A stretch of 64,000 nucleotides of DNA. Origin: Paraphysomonas bandaiensis. Taxonomy: Eukaryota > Protista > Chrysophyceae. Position numbers and translations under genes: made by a program. How positions within the stretch are numbered: the stretch's first letter is position 1; the number at the start of each line of letters is the position of its first letter. The stretch is taken from NCBI GenBank assembly GCA_965644295.1, contig CBFFRP010000054.1, positions 22,831 through 86,830 of the forward strand, in the 5' to 3' direction. Positions 52,601 through 64,000 of the stretch are shown here, piece after piece. Under the pieces are notes generated by a model. The model was not told the origin of the DNA, ran no database searches, and worked only from the letters and a program-made list of their open reading frames with translations.

Positions 52601-54184
52601 GCAGTACGAGTTCTCTTCACCATCTTCACGTAAACCGTTTGCTGTGGAAGATGTTCTAGATTTATGTGCATCATACAAATTTTGTACCTCGTTTCCCGGA
52701 GTTTTGCACTCTGTGAACACTCTTGCAGAGTCATTTTTGGCAGCTGGAATGTATGCGGATGCAATCAATTCTCTGAAGCTGCGTCTTTCAATGCAACAAG
52801 TGTGCTGCAGGAATATACGTAGGCCTTCCGTGAAAATGAAGCACGAGATTGTTGTTACGACATATACACTAGCTCTGTGCTACTACTTTGCTAGGAAGTA
52901 TGACTCCGCCTCTGCGCTCGCGAGAACTGTGCTTGATGACGGGCCTAGAGACACACCAACTGCTGCCCGAATGGTTACGCTTCTAATGTGTGCAGATTTC
53001 GCAGCTGGAAAGATGGCGGATGCCATGAAACATTATGAAGTAGCGAGGGGTATTTACATATATGCCCTTGGACCACGACATCCAGTTCACTGTTTGCTGT
53101 TTTCAGCCTTGGCGGATTTATATTTTACAGTCAAGGCCTTTGCACACTCTAAACTGATGAATTTGAAAGCCATAGATTTTTGTCATCGTACAACAGGAGA
53201 AAACCACGCGTTATACGCGTCGCATGCGTTTAAGGTCGGCGCCCTATTACTTAGAGAGAAGTCTTTTATTGAAGCGGAAGATATATTCAAGAGTTCTCTG
53301 AAAATATTTAAACAGTTATGTGAGGCAGGCGGTGATTACGATGCCGAAGTGGCATCCTGTTTGCATGGTTTATCGATCGTCAGCAGTGCATTAGAGGATA
53401 ACGACGCCGCAATAAATTACGCTATGAAGTCTTTAGCGCTTACTACCAGTGAAGGGAAGTATATTTCTCCACAGGCCGTCAACTGCTTGCTCCTGTTAGC
53501 GGAACTTCACGAAAAAAATAATTTATATTCGGAAGCTGTTGAATTATATGGAGATGCCTGGAGCATCGTGTTTGCATATCCTGGTGACTATGATCTGGCT
53601 CCCATGTTACTGACATTGTCGGCAAGGATAGCCAGCGCCTTCCTTAGTAGCCAACCACTTCACACGAGAATGCTGTTTGACTCTGTTGCAGCTGATATCC
53701 ATGATATAAAGAAGCGGGAATGGGATATCGCTTGTTCTCTTGTTTCGAAATCTCTTCTGAGTGAGACACCAGTGGACTACATGAAAACTCTTATTGCTGG
53801 ACTTGTTGAAAAGAATAACCCAGGTAAGCCTTTATATTTATAGATGAATTTGTTAACTTCAGTAGTTTTGAGCTCGTCGGCGATGCTCGGACAGTCTAAT
53901 GTGATTGGTGTGCCATGTCCTGACAAAAAGTGGTAAGTTGTTGCTGAATTCGTGATTGTTCTGCTGATACCACCGTGTTTAGGTTTGAGCACGCTCCCCA
54001 GGTACCAACTCAGCAGTTACCACGCAGTAGGTCTCTTCAAAACACTACAAGCCACGATAATCAATTGGAATGTGAAGATAGTATTGATGAAAGTACAGAA
54101 CAGATTTCAAAACTCAAACGGAGTGGTATTCCTTTGGAACTTGAAGCTGCTGTTGTATTGAAGCTCATTTTGGAGTTGATATAA
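49690..54184 (+). CDS. PH domain + CLU (Clueless/eIF3-p135-like) + TPR protein, multi-exon
   Basis: N-terminal LEGSLWKQKK..WKKRW; DWNRRYQEL, VDYCGFRV, LVYG, DNRVYLLNFSGLFPPD, LRPEFV, LHAHGVNMR|YLG; TPR-like helices (LGPRHP). Confidence 0.85.
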
Positions 54185-54355
54185 GAATTGTGATACGTAT
54201 TAAGAGTGCATAGGTGGCTTGAAGTGTTTCCCTAGTTTTATCATCTGATTATCTTCGCTATGGAAGGATCAGAACGGAAGTGTGTTCATGTTTTGCAGTT
54301 ACCTGCCATAAGTTGGATCATGTATTAAATGTAGAGATATTTTTCAATCTAGTCG

Positions 54356-54648
54356 AATTGGTTGAATTACCTAGTAACACCAATTTCAGTGTAAATGCTT
54401 AGTCAAAGTAATTATGATTCGACCTAGTCAATTGTGATAAAAATCCTAGTCTTAAATTTTACTAGTCATAGCTACGCATTACAGATTGGTGAGGTAGAGT
54501 GAAGCACTACAGCATATATCAGGCCGTTCATTCAGCGTTTACGAAGTCTGAGAGCAGAATAATATAGGGGAACTACTATTCATCTACTAATCAAATTGGT
54601 TGAATTACCTAGTCACGCCAAAAGTGGTGTGAAGACCTTCTTGTCAAA
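54356..54648. repeat. Imperfect direct repeat (~50 bp) with a CTAGTC motif cluster; probable TE relic
   Basis: AATTGGTTGAATTACCTAGT at ~54356 and ~54594. Confidence 0.6.
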
Positions 54649-54760
54649 TGGTTGAAAACTCAAGTCATTTATAGTTTACAATGACTGGGGGTTTGATGGG
54701 TCACCTAGTCAGTATTAATAATTTTATTCAAAAATGGAAGCATATAGTCTAGAGTCTAGC

Positions 54761-55747
54761 CAGGGCCTGGTAGCCATTAATGGCTAATTATTATGGCATT
54801 ACTATTAATGGCCCACTAATACCCTTAATACCTAACTAGATTGTGTAGTGCCCCCTTAATTACTAATTTAGTTAAATAGCAGACTACGAATTGTAACTAC
54901 ACATCATCATTCTTTTCGCTCTCCACTGGCAATCAGGATATCAGGATGTTCTTGCAAGGCTTCATATGAAAGGTATTAGCATGTAATTGGCAAGGATGTA
55001 ATTTGATTTATGTTTCTACAAGCAGGTGTCATAATCAACTTTGCGCGACTAAAGAGTCTCTCAACAACGTTAGATTGTGCTTCGATATGAGGCATGCTGT
55101 GGTAGTTATTTTAACCCTTTACCATTCCTTAATATATGGTACAGTAGAATTGTTTTTTTGTGTAACTTCTTTCAAACTTTGGGAAAAAGTGTATTTTCAT
55201 GAATGTTTTCAAGTTGAAATATGCATATTTTCAATGTTTTTAGAATTTTTGGGTATGAGTATGTTGCTCCTCAGGAAACTGTTTCCTAATTCTTGTAGTA
55301 TTAAGTTTGCTGCTCATAAAGTTGCCCCGAAGTAGCAGTAGAGGTGCATGAACATTGTTTAACATTGTTTCGGGTTTGTTCGGAGTATAGAGAAGTACTA
55401 TGTCTTGACGACTCTTTATTCTAATTCTGTATATATAGCATATATCAAGTGCCAGTGCCAGGTAAAAATATACTGGATTGAAATATATTACAATTATTTA
55501 TTTTTGCTTGCTACAATATTTTTATTATTATTGGAGAAAAATTTGGCCTCGCAATATATTCATAGAGAGAGAGAGATGCTTGTGTCTTTGAAAATAGATT
55601 TAATTAATCATAAATGACTCTTCATAACCACATAACTCATTAAATGCCATTAATGTCCCATTATTGGGTGCCCAGTTCCCGGCAACTATAATGGCATTAT
55701 ATTTACTAGTTATTAATGCAACTACTATTAACGGTTACGAGGCTCTG
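54761..55747. mobile_element. Non-autonomous hAT-like DNA transposon (~987 bp)
   Basis: Imperfect TIRs CAGGGCCTGGTAGCCATTAAT / CAGAGCCTCGTAACCGTTAAT (17/21); flanking GTCTAGC(C) on both sides; subterminal CATTAATG/TAATGGC arrays; no transposase. Confidence 0.75.
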
Positions 55748-56943
55748 GTCTAGCCATCAACTAATGATACTGTACACATGCAATACATCACATTCCAACC
55801 TCGCATTCAAACGAGAATTGGGCAGTTTCTCGTGACCAAGTCCGGTGTAGTTCAAAAGCCTTCTTTATTTCATGGGCATCGTACCCACAATCTTAGGATG
55901 GGCATGGATGTTACCAAACTGAAGTAACCGATGCAACTTATGCCATCGCTCACTACATACCATGTACAGTAGGTTAACAACGCAACTTGTATTCATGTTA
56001 TCTTTACCCTATATACATAACAGATACCTGTTCGATACTTGACAAAGTTGCGAATGCGTGTTATATTTTGCTATATATATCAGAAACTGGCACTTGGATT
56101 ATCAGTAATACGCTAAACGTTGATCTCACTCTAAAAGCAATTAATTAAATAATTGAGATACCCATTTCTCATCATTCATTGTCATCCACTATATTAATGT
56201 TGTAATAACTACCGATACGTTACGATCATAGAATATATCTCGCTTATAACTAACAATACACTGAGCCAGTTCAACAACAACATCCTGTAGCTAAGAGTGG
56301 CTTACTTCATGCATGCTTGTATAGTCGAGTTAGTGCCATCATCGAAGTATACTTTAGTAATATTGATACGTTTGAACAACTATTGGCACTGTATCTTCGT
56401 CATGATTGAGTTGACAGAGGCTCCCTTTCATCGATACACTGTATGTATGTATGACTGCATAGATAGCTTTCACTACTGTGTTATCAATAGAGTCAATAGA
56501 TGTATAAAAGTGAACTGTAACTAGACTATGATCATGATCTACTGTGTGTTTGACTACTTATTCGTTCTTATCACTTCTTCCAATCTGATGTTGTTTCATA
56601 TGGTGACTTACTCTTCTAACTCTTCATGGATGTATGTAAGTTATGGAATTAACAGTATGGCAAACTAACTTATACATATGAATAATGCTGAAATATCCCA
56701 CTTTTACGAATATTTGGATCACCGTATAACGGCCTTGCCGAACAAAAAATGTTCGGAAAATCGGTTTATCTCCACCGTATAATTATGATATCTAGAATAT
56801 CTCGATTTTACGAACACATTATTGTTCGGCATTTTTTTACCGTTTGGCCACTATCGCCATTCAAACCATACAACACCAATGCCCATAAACTGCAAGAACA
56901 AAGAACTTAGAACAAACAAAGAACTTAGAACAAACCAAGCACA

Positions 56944-58828
56944 ATGGATATTATTAGAGAGCAAAGTGAGTTCAGAGATGAGATTGCACAGCAAACCAAG
57001 CAGATGCGGTTAACGGATAGCACCCGCAGGCAATATGCAGACAGGGTCAGGGCCTTTGCACATTGGCTTGATGAGCATTACCCCGCCTGCGTGGAAAGAG
57101 ACAACGGTGACAAGCTCACACCAATACTACCGATACCTGACGTAGTCATGGAAAAGTACATGGCTCATGTGCTTCTTAAAATAGACAGCCGCACTGGTCT
57201 GTACTATGACCCTCCACAATATTACTCGTTTGCACACGTTAATGGACATCGAAGTGCTCTTAAGAATATGTACACGGAAAAGCGAATGAACCCTTCACCG
57301 GAAATAGAGAGTATGTTTAAGGAAACTCTCGAGGGATTCAAGAGGAAGGTTGCTGACCTTAAGCAGCGTGGCTTATTACCTTCACGAGAAGGCAAGGCTG
57401 CAATGACCATGAAAGGGTACATATTTCTTGCAGAGAAAGCAGCTAAACAGGACCATGACTTTGGACTGTATACATTTTGTTTGTCCTATTTATTGCTATG
57501 CTGGAATTTGATAGCAAGATCTGTAACAGTTGCACATATAATGTACGATCATATATCTTGGGAGGAGGATGCACTGACCATTAATATTGGCAAACAGAAG
57601 AATGATCAGGAGGGAAGCAAAAGGTGTTGCAACGGCATTAGCTAATTGCCCTGGTGGACCCAGTGCCATAAATATATGGTTGCGAGCTGGATGGAGTTTA
57701 GGACCCGTTCAGAGTCGATACATATTTGAAGGAGCAGGTGGAGATCAATTTGTTGGCAGGGCAGCTACAGGTATATCAAGCAGTGATCCCGACTTTGCTA
57801 TTCTTCCACCTCATTTCGATGACACTAATGGCCCGGTTCTATCCGTTGAAGAATGGGAAGACATACTGCCTGGCTTCACATCATTCTATCCTGAGAATTT
57901 TAGAGTGGCTTTGCCTTATCTTCTTGCTTCGCTGGCATATCATCATGACTGGCTATTAGAAACTCTTTCACCAAATCATCCTCTGTTTCTTCAAAGAGTT
58001 TGGACAAGTGGTATACTACAACGTCTACGACCGAAAGTATTAACTGGTGTGTTTCGAAATGATGTGTCAAGAATGAATGCTACTGGTGTTCCACCCAATG
58101 TGATTCTAGCTAATCGTATGTCGTCGCTGGAAGCAAATGTCGGGAACTTATCTAGAGATATGCGAGGAATGCAAACGACATTACCGGAAGCATTGTGTAC
58201 GAGAATGCTTGATAAGTTTACAGTTAATGGCGCGGTGCCAATAACTAGTACCGACATCGATAGTCTACGTGAAACACTTTTAGAAGAAATCAGAACAAGA
58301 TGTACTCCACATAATGTGGAGCAAATATCTACACAAGAAGAGCAATCCACATCACAAGAGAAGCCTGGATTTTACACATGGGGAGGGCACCATCATTTGT
58401 TTCCAGAGGGCTTTCGTTTTCCAAAAGGTAACATAAAAATGCTGTGGGATCTGTGGTGGGGGGGAGAACCTCAGAGACATATATTACCCTACAGAAAAAT
58501 CAAAGGCTTCGATTTATCCCGAACTGACCGGGTAAACTGGAGTAAATGTACCTGCATCATGAACGCACTAGTCTCCAAGGGCATAGAGATGAACGAGATC
58601 GGAGCAGTAGAGGATATTAGTAGCCTACTACCACGACAAAGAGATGCGTTATTCAGCAAAGTGTTTATACCTTTCTGTATGAACATATTCGCGGTTGCTA
58701 ATCCCGTTCTTCTCGATGATATAGGCATCGGAAAAATGTCATATACGACATTCTACGATTACATGAAGGGCCGCAAGAGAAATAAACGTAGACGGAATGA
58801 AATGGAGCAAACGGAAGAAGATAATTGA
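56944..58828 (+). pseudogene. Crypton (CryptonS-like) tyrosine recombinase with an internal deletion and frameshift at ~57619
   Basis: HRSALKNMY, EGKAAM, LLCWNLIARS, KQKNDQEG, then in another frame KGVAT..GGPS..LRAGWSLGPVQSRY..GAGGDQFVGR; C-terminal WGG..FPEGFRFP..LWDLWW (GCR1_C-like). The HxxR region is absent. Confidence 0.88.
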
Positions 58829-59526
58829 CTGGTACATGTCTCTGTTTGTGTCGTATATACGTGAGGGGGTCTGTGAGACTATTAACAGTCACCTTCACGT
58901 ATATACATGAACAGACATCGCATCAATGGAGGGGTTGATGAGAATATGACGCTCAAGTAGATAGCTATCGGCTTCTGGTGTAGATATCATCTTGTTTCAT
59001 GGCACTACTGACAGTTTAAAGTAACATATAAAGATGAACGTTAGATGACATACACATACAACACCATTCTACAACAGTACTCTACCACAATTATACAACA
59101 GTATACAGCAGTAATACTACATAATACCGTTCTGTTCGTATACTGTTCGTAAAAGCGGACCTTCTATAAATATCCAGACGTGGATTAAATCTGGTGGTTT
59201 CTGGAGAAGTACCATATAAAAACCATACTTTTAGTATTGTATAGGTGTATAATATGGCTCATTTTACTATTCAACTTTCGAAATTTTGATTAAAAAATTA
59301 TTGATTTTATACTCTTTTTATAGTCAAAAACTATGAAACTCCCTTTTTTTGCAATAGAAATGATGACGTCGATATGGTTTTTGTGTGGTATCTTGAAAAG
59401 ACACTACTATTTTAAATAGGAACAGAAAATGAAGTATATGACTTGCTAATTTTTGACTTTGTTGTAAAGTAATGCTGTGGGTGTGATTATAGTATGAGAT
59501 ACAACGTAGAGAGTTGTGAGTAGTGA

Positions 59527-59588
59527 TACATACATACATGCATACATACATACACACATACATACATATACATATATATATATATATA
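59527..59588. repeat. (TACA)n/(TA)n microsatellite
   Basis: Directly visible; similar tracts at 7428-7480 and 8240-8345. Confidence 0.9.
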
Positions 59589-59958
59589 AGACTGTTGGGG
59601 GTTAGCATATATAACATCAGCAATAGATAAACACATTAATAAGGATATATTCCTTTCTTTATATCCATGAGTTACTTTATTTTTAAATGACTTATATATG
59701 TAATAGTCTCATATGGTAACTACTAGATGATTGTATATTGTGTTTAATGATTTAAGTTTCTTCATGTATTGATTCAATTGAACGATTTAATAACCATATC
59801 AATACATAACAATGCATAGTGAAGATAATAATACTACATGGACATCATTTGAAGATGACAGAGATTTACAAAATGGTATAGAATTGATTATGATGATCAT
59901 GTAGTTTAATTTTGTATTGATAGCTTTTGAAATAATTTTATTTAATTCTAACGATGCG

Positions 59959-62856
59959 ATGGATGATGATCGTCAACCGAAACCTATCTCATCTGTCCCA
60001 CTGGAATCCCCGGCAGCAAGTGATATGTATAGATTCGGCGATGGATTCTCGCGGCGGTCTGGTTCAGTTGATTTTCTTGACGGGTCGGGCTGGCCTGTGT
60101 CTGACTTAGACGAAGAAAACAAGCCTAACAAGGAGGCCCGTATATTTCGAGACCAAAGAAGTTGGCAAAATGATATATCGTTTGAAAAGTGGCATGGCGA
60201 GCGCCAGGCTCAGCTCGAATCAAATGTGTTGGCTTCGATGTCTCGCGATGACCTTGATCAGGGGGCTGATATATGCACTGTTTCTCATGCAGGATACTCG
60301 ACCTCCACATCGAGTCAGTACCCTATGAGTGGGACCGGGGGGGATGATTCAGGCAGTGATGTTGAGAGGGATGATGATGACGATGACTGTAAGAAGTCTC
60401 GCAAGCGCCCCAATGTGCGGGAGCACTCGAAGGCTCAGCGGGAGAAGCGAAAGGCTATCATTCAGGACCTCGAAACTAACGCCAAAGCTCTTACTGCTGA
60501 ACTTAATGAGAGTGACAAAGTGTTTAAGAACACTCTGGAGCAGGTGGGATTTAAGCGCAAGTACTTTTATGACATGTTAAAAAATTTCTTGACCCTGTGG
60601 ATCACTGGAGACGGTAACGAAGACTCATGGCAAGCGCTGGTAGACATACAGTGCATCGAGCTCGCTCTACCTATTACCACCTCCCGTTTCTCGCCACCCG
60701 GACAGATTATCAACGGAAGGCGGTATATCAAAGGCCTGCAGCAAATAATGGCTGACTCGTCGAGCATTGCCCTAATGTGTACCGCGATCTCTAACCTTGG
60801 CCGACTTCCGATCTGTCAACTGAGTCTGGAAGTGGATATACCTTACAGCAACTTCTTTATTGAGGGGGATACCGCTTTTGCTGATGTAAATATATGTTCC
60901 AGGAACGCTGTCATATGTGGTGGGTCTTCAGAGATGCACATAGATGGTGGGTACTATTGCTAAAATGACCATGCATAAACACTGTCCATGCAGGATTGCT
61001 AAGGAGCGGGTTCTCCAATCAAGGCAATTTACAGTGGGTAGACCTATATTACAATGAGTGCGATATGCAACAACAGGTAGTTGTCCTGATATTGTATGAT
61101 ACCAATAGTTTAAAGATTTTATATAGCTGACGGATTCCTTCGGAGTGGATATATATCCGTCCACTCCCGACGTACCTCAGATGGTAAGGAACCTTTCGAA
61201 ACCCAGTTCGAGTACTTCCACTTCTCCGCCACAGAGTATTGTTATTACCACCCTGGACACTCAAGTGCGCGTGCTGGGGACCAACGATATTGCCGAGGAA
61301 CGAATTGGCCAGGTGGTTGGACGCACTCTGATCACTGCAAATTGGGTCACTAGTGCCGTGCGTATGCTAAGTGAATGGGCGCCATACAGCTGTCAACTAG
61401 ATAGCAAAACATCCAGTGGTCAGAAGAGTAATATATTTTGCCAACTGTACCCGTACTGTGAAGATATGGGGTCATCTGAGGGGGATCCAAGTGAACAAGG
61501 CGATCCTCGAGCTACGAATCAAGGACAGCTCCCTAACAGAATAGTTTGGGTGATGACGGAGTGCCCTGCACACGACGTTGCATCTCAGGTGGAGACAATG
61601 ATCCGACAGCTAATCAGGCGTGTGGTAGACACAACTATGAAGAAAATAAACGAATCTGTAGGACATTCCTGTCAGGATATCATGTCCGTTCTCAGCCAGG
61701 CCGAGCTGTTATTTAATATGGATGATTCTTCCCCGCCCTCGGACACCCCAATAAACCAGGTGATACAATTCATGGAAAACTTCCTGAAATGGGTGGAAAT
61801 GATCGATTCACACGTTTGGAGCGACGAGGGTGCCATGCTTGAGCTAGCAGAAGGAAATACGGGTACTCGATCTCCCGTGAAACAGGTTCCGACTGCCGTG
61901 CACGCCGTGGGAGAGAGAGAACCCACCACTGAGTCGACGCAGCGGCACCAGGATCTTTCCCAAAGTGGAAAAAGTTCGTCCGAGCGCTCGAATAGTGGTC
62001 CTGTGCCTCCCCAGTTGGACTCAGATACACATAGCACAAGCAGCTTCCTGGAAGAGGAGTATAACTCGGGTACAGAGAGAGACGATGAGGTGGGAAGTGT
62101 ATACAGCGAGACCCAGCAGAGGTCTCGGTCCAATTCCATGACTGAGGGCGATGGACAAAAGCGGGAGTTCTTTCTATTCATGCACATGGCAAATGAGATA
62201 GATTGTTTTTTTGCCAAAATTCGTGACTCGTCTACATGTCCACATATTATCTCTCTTCTCCGGTTGACATCATCGAAGGCTGAGTCACAAGTGGTTGAGG
62301 AATTCATATGCTACTGCCTCTCCAAACATGGAAATCCAAGAGTTAGATTCCTCATGAGACAGGTTCAGGACCTCATTAAGTATCAGCAATTTGAGAACGC
62401 CGTTGGAGTGCTAGGAGAGGTGTGTCTTGTCTATCGGCAAAGTATGTACCGTTGACGTATTTGTTTTTGTTGTATGTTTTCAGATCATATCAATCGATCC
62501 CACTTTCATCGAAGCATACAATCGCCGGGCCACTGCACTCTATGGTCTTCGCCGTGCGCAGGAATGCTTTGCTGACCTCGAGCACGTCCTTAAACACAAC
62601 CCACTACACTACGGGGCGCTCTACGGAAAGGTGCGCACATATAGTATGGTTTATCTGTATGGTATATCTGACATGATGCTGACAGGGTCTGCTACTTATG
62701 AATCTCAAGGCGTTTGCACAAGCAATTGTGGCATTTGAAACTGTTCTCCAAGTGAACCCCCGCCTGGCGAGCGACGAGTCCATATTGAACAACCTGAAGT
62801 ACTGCCAGCAGCATGTGTGGTCACAAGCCCATACCAACCGCGTGCCCAACTTCTAA
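59959..62856 (+). CDS. bZIP-like protein with C-terminal TPR repeats, multi-exon
   Basis: Basic region KSRKRPNVREHSKAQREKRK plus heptad IQDLETNAKALTAEL; TPRs DPTFIEAYNRRATALY, NPLHYGALYGK|GLLL, AIVAFETVLQVNP. Confidence 0.75.
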
Positions 62857-63419
62857 GTATATAGCTGAAATAAATCCGAAATTGCACTGTTTTTATCGTT
62901 CTGGCTTTTACCAAGGTGATAAATCGATGCGATAGATTGTTGCTGGAGCCTATTTTTACATTTTCAGTTGGGATATGTCCACCCTTTTTCAGTTTGTGAA
63001 ATATTTTATAATGTGAAGGAATGTCGAATATGTACGTGGGGTTGTGCTAGATTTGATCAAACATTTTCATATGGTGTCATAATATATACCAGTTTTCTCA
63101 ACTAAATAGTGTCAGGATTTTTGTATATGTAGTGTAGAGGGGATTGTAGTAGTATTAAACTCAGGCTCGAATATTCTGCCTTATATAAAAGGAAAATATA
63201 GCAACTGTGAGATATTGAAATTCGTACATATATGTGATAACGAATCTGAAAAGTTGTAGTTGCACGAGGCTTCTTGTTTTCGTTAGCATCACCATCGCAT
63301 TTATACATAACACCCATGATCTCTGCTAGTGCAACTGCAATTGACAGTCTTATTATTAAGTATCAGCATAGGCGTTAAGTATCAGCACCAGTTTAGTAGC
63401 TAGAAGAGAAATAGTCTAC

Positions 63420-64000
63420 CAAAAAAACGGGGAGGCGGGACAAGAGGGGGCCTCTTTTTCTACCCCACTGCCCCTCAAGGGGCCTCTTCTCTTCGAGTGT
63501 TTCCAATTACAACCTTCGGTTGTAATTCCTTCTCTTTGTAAGTTTAACTTATAACTTATTATTAATAAGTTATAATTACTTTATATATTATTTATATTCT
63601 TAAATAAAATTAATTACTTTATATATTATTTATATTCTTAAATAAAATTAATAACTTTATATATTATTTATATTGTTATAATAAAAAGTAATATAGATAA
63701 CAAAGTAGATTTAATAAGTAGATTTAATAGTAGATATAGAGAGAGGGAAAAATTAAAATGAAAAATAATTTAAATTTGTAAAGGTTATAAAACCCCGGGA
63801 TTCTACCATTAAAACTACTTATTAAATCTACTTTGTTATCTATATGACTTTTTTATAATAATGTCTAATGGCAATGCTTAAAGCTCTGGAATATTAAAAC
63901 TACTTATTAAATCTATAATATCTATGTTTTACATAATAATATCTATTAATGATACTTAAAGCTCTGGATATAGTTCTTAGTGATATAATGGCGAATATGC
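63420..64000. repeat. AT-rich island with hairpins, 38-bp tandem repeats and nested inverted/direct repeats; continues past the window
   Basis: 38-bp unit x~3 (63573-63686); ~50-bp inverted repeat 63681-63730 / 63807-63856; ~85-bp-spaced direct repeats; hairpins 63505-63527 and 63549-63575. Confidence 0.8.

Noticed and set aside
55790-56640. Coding-like fragments on the minus strand
   Set aside because: Frames are broken and no family is recognisable; possibly a decayed gene, but not supportable.
57587-57645. Programmed frameshift or intron joining the two Crypton ORFs
   Set aside because: Joining them would not restore the missing HxxR segment, and no suitable GT-AG intron is present.
63573-63686. 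CRISPR-like array
   Set aside because: Contiguous tandem units without unique spacers, in a eukaryotic context with no cas genes.

Overview
Eukaryotic nuclear DNA with short (mostly ~45-90 bp) GT-AG introns and the standard genetic code. A stramenopile, possibly a chrysophyte, is inferred from the CryptonS-type element, the HCF101 homolog and the bZIP type; this is not proven. About 21 protein genes: sterol 3-beta-glucosyltransferase, two-domain AAA protein, rhomboid, TYW1, cyclophilin, HCF101-like, PH protein, DHHC-like, adenylate kinase, DUF2817, ZIP transporter, carboxypeptidase A/B, PH-CLU-TPR, bZIP-TPR and several unknowns. Two features are missing from the ORF track: a solitary 5S rRNA gene (7690-7809, minus) and a 4-exon gene whose spliced N-terminus has the Cys/His spacing of the plant SHI/STY zinc finger. 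Mobile DNA: a rearranged Copia relic with a head-to-head integrase palindrome, a TA-flanked ~210-bp inverted duplicate, a SINE/LINE-tail-like repeat family, LTR-like relics, a non-autonomous hAT-like element, an internally deleted Crypton tyrosine-recombinase element flanked by att-like CGAACA motifs, and an AT-rich hairpin/repeat island running off the right edge. All exon structures and family calls were made by eye; no searches were run.
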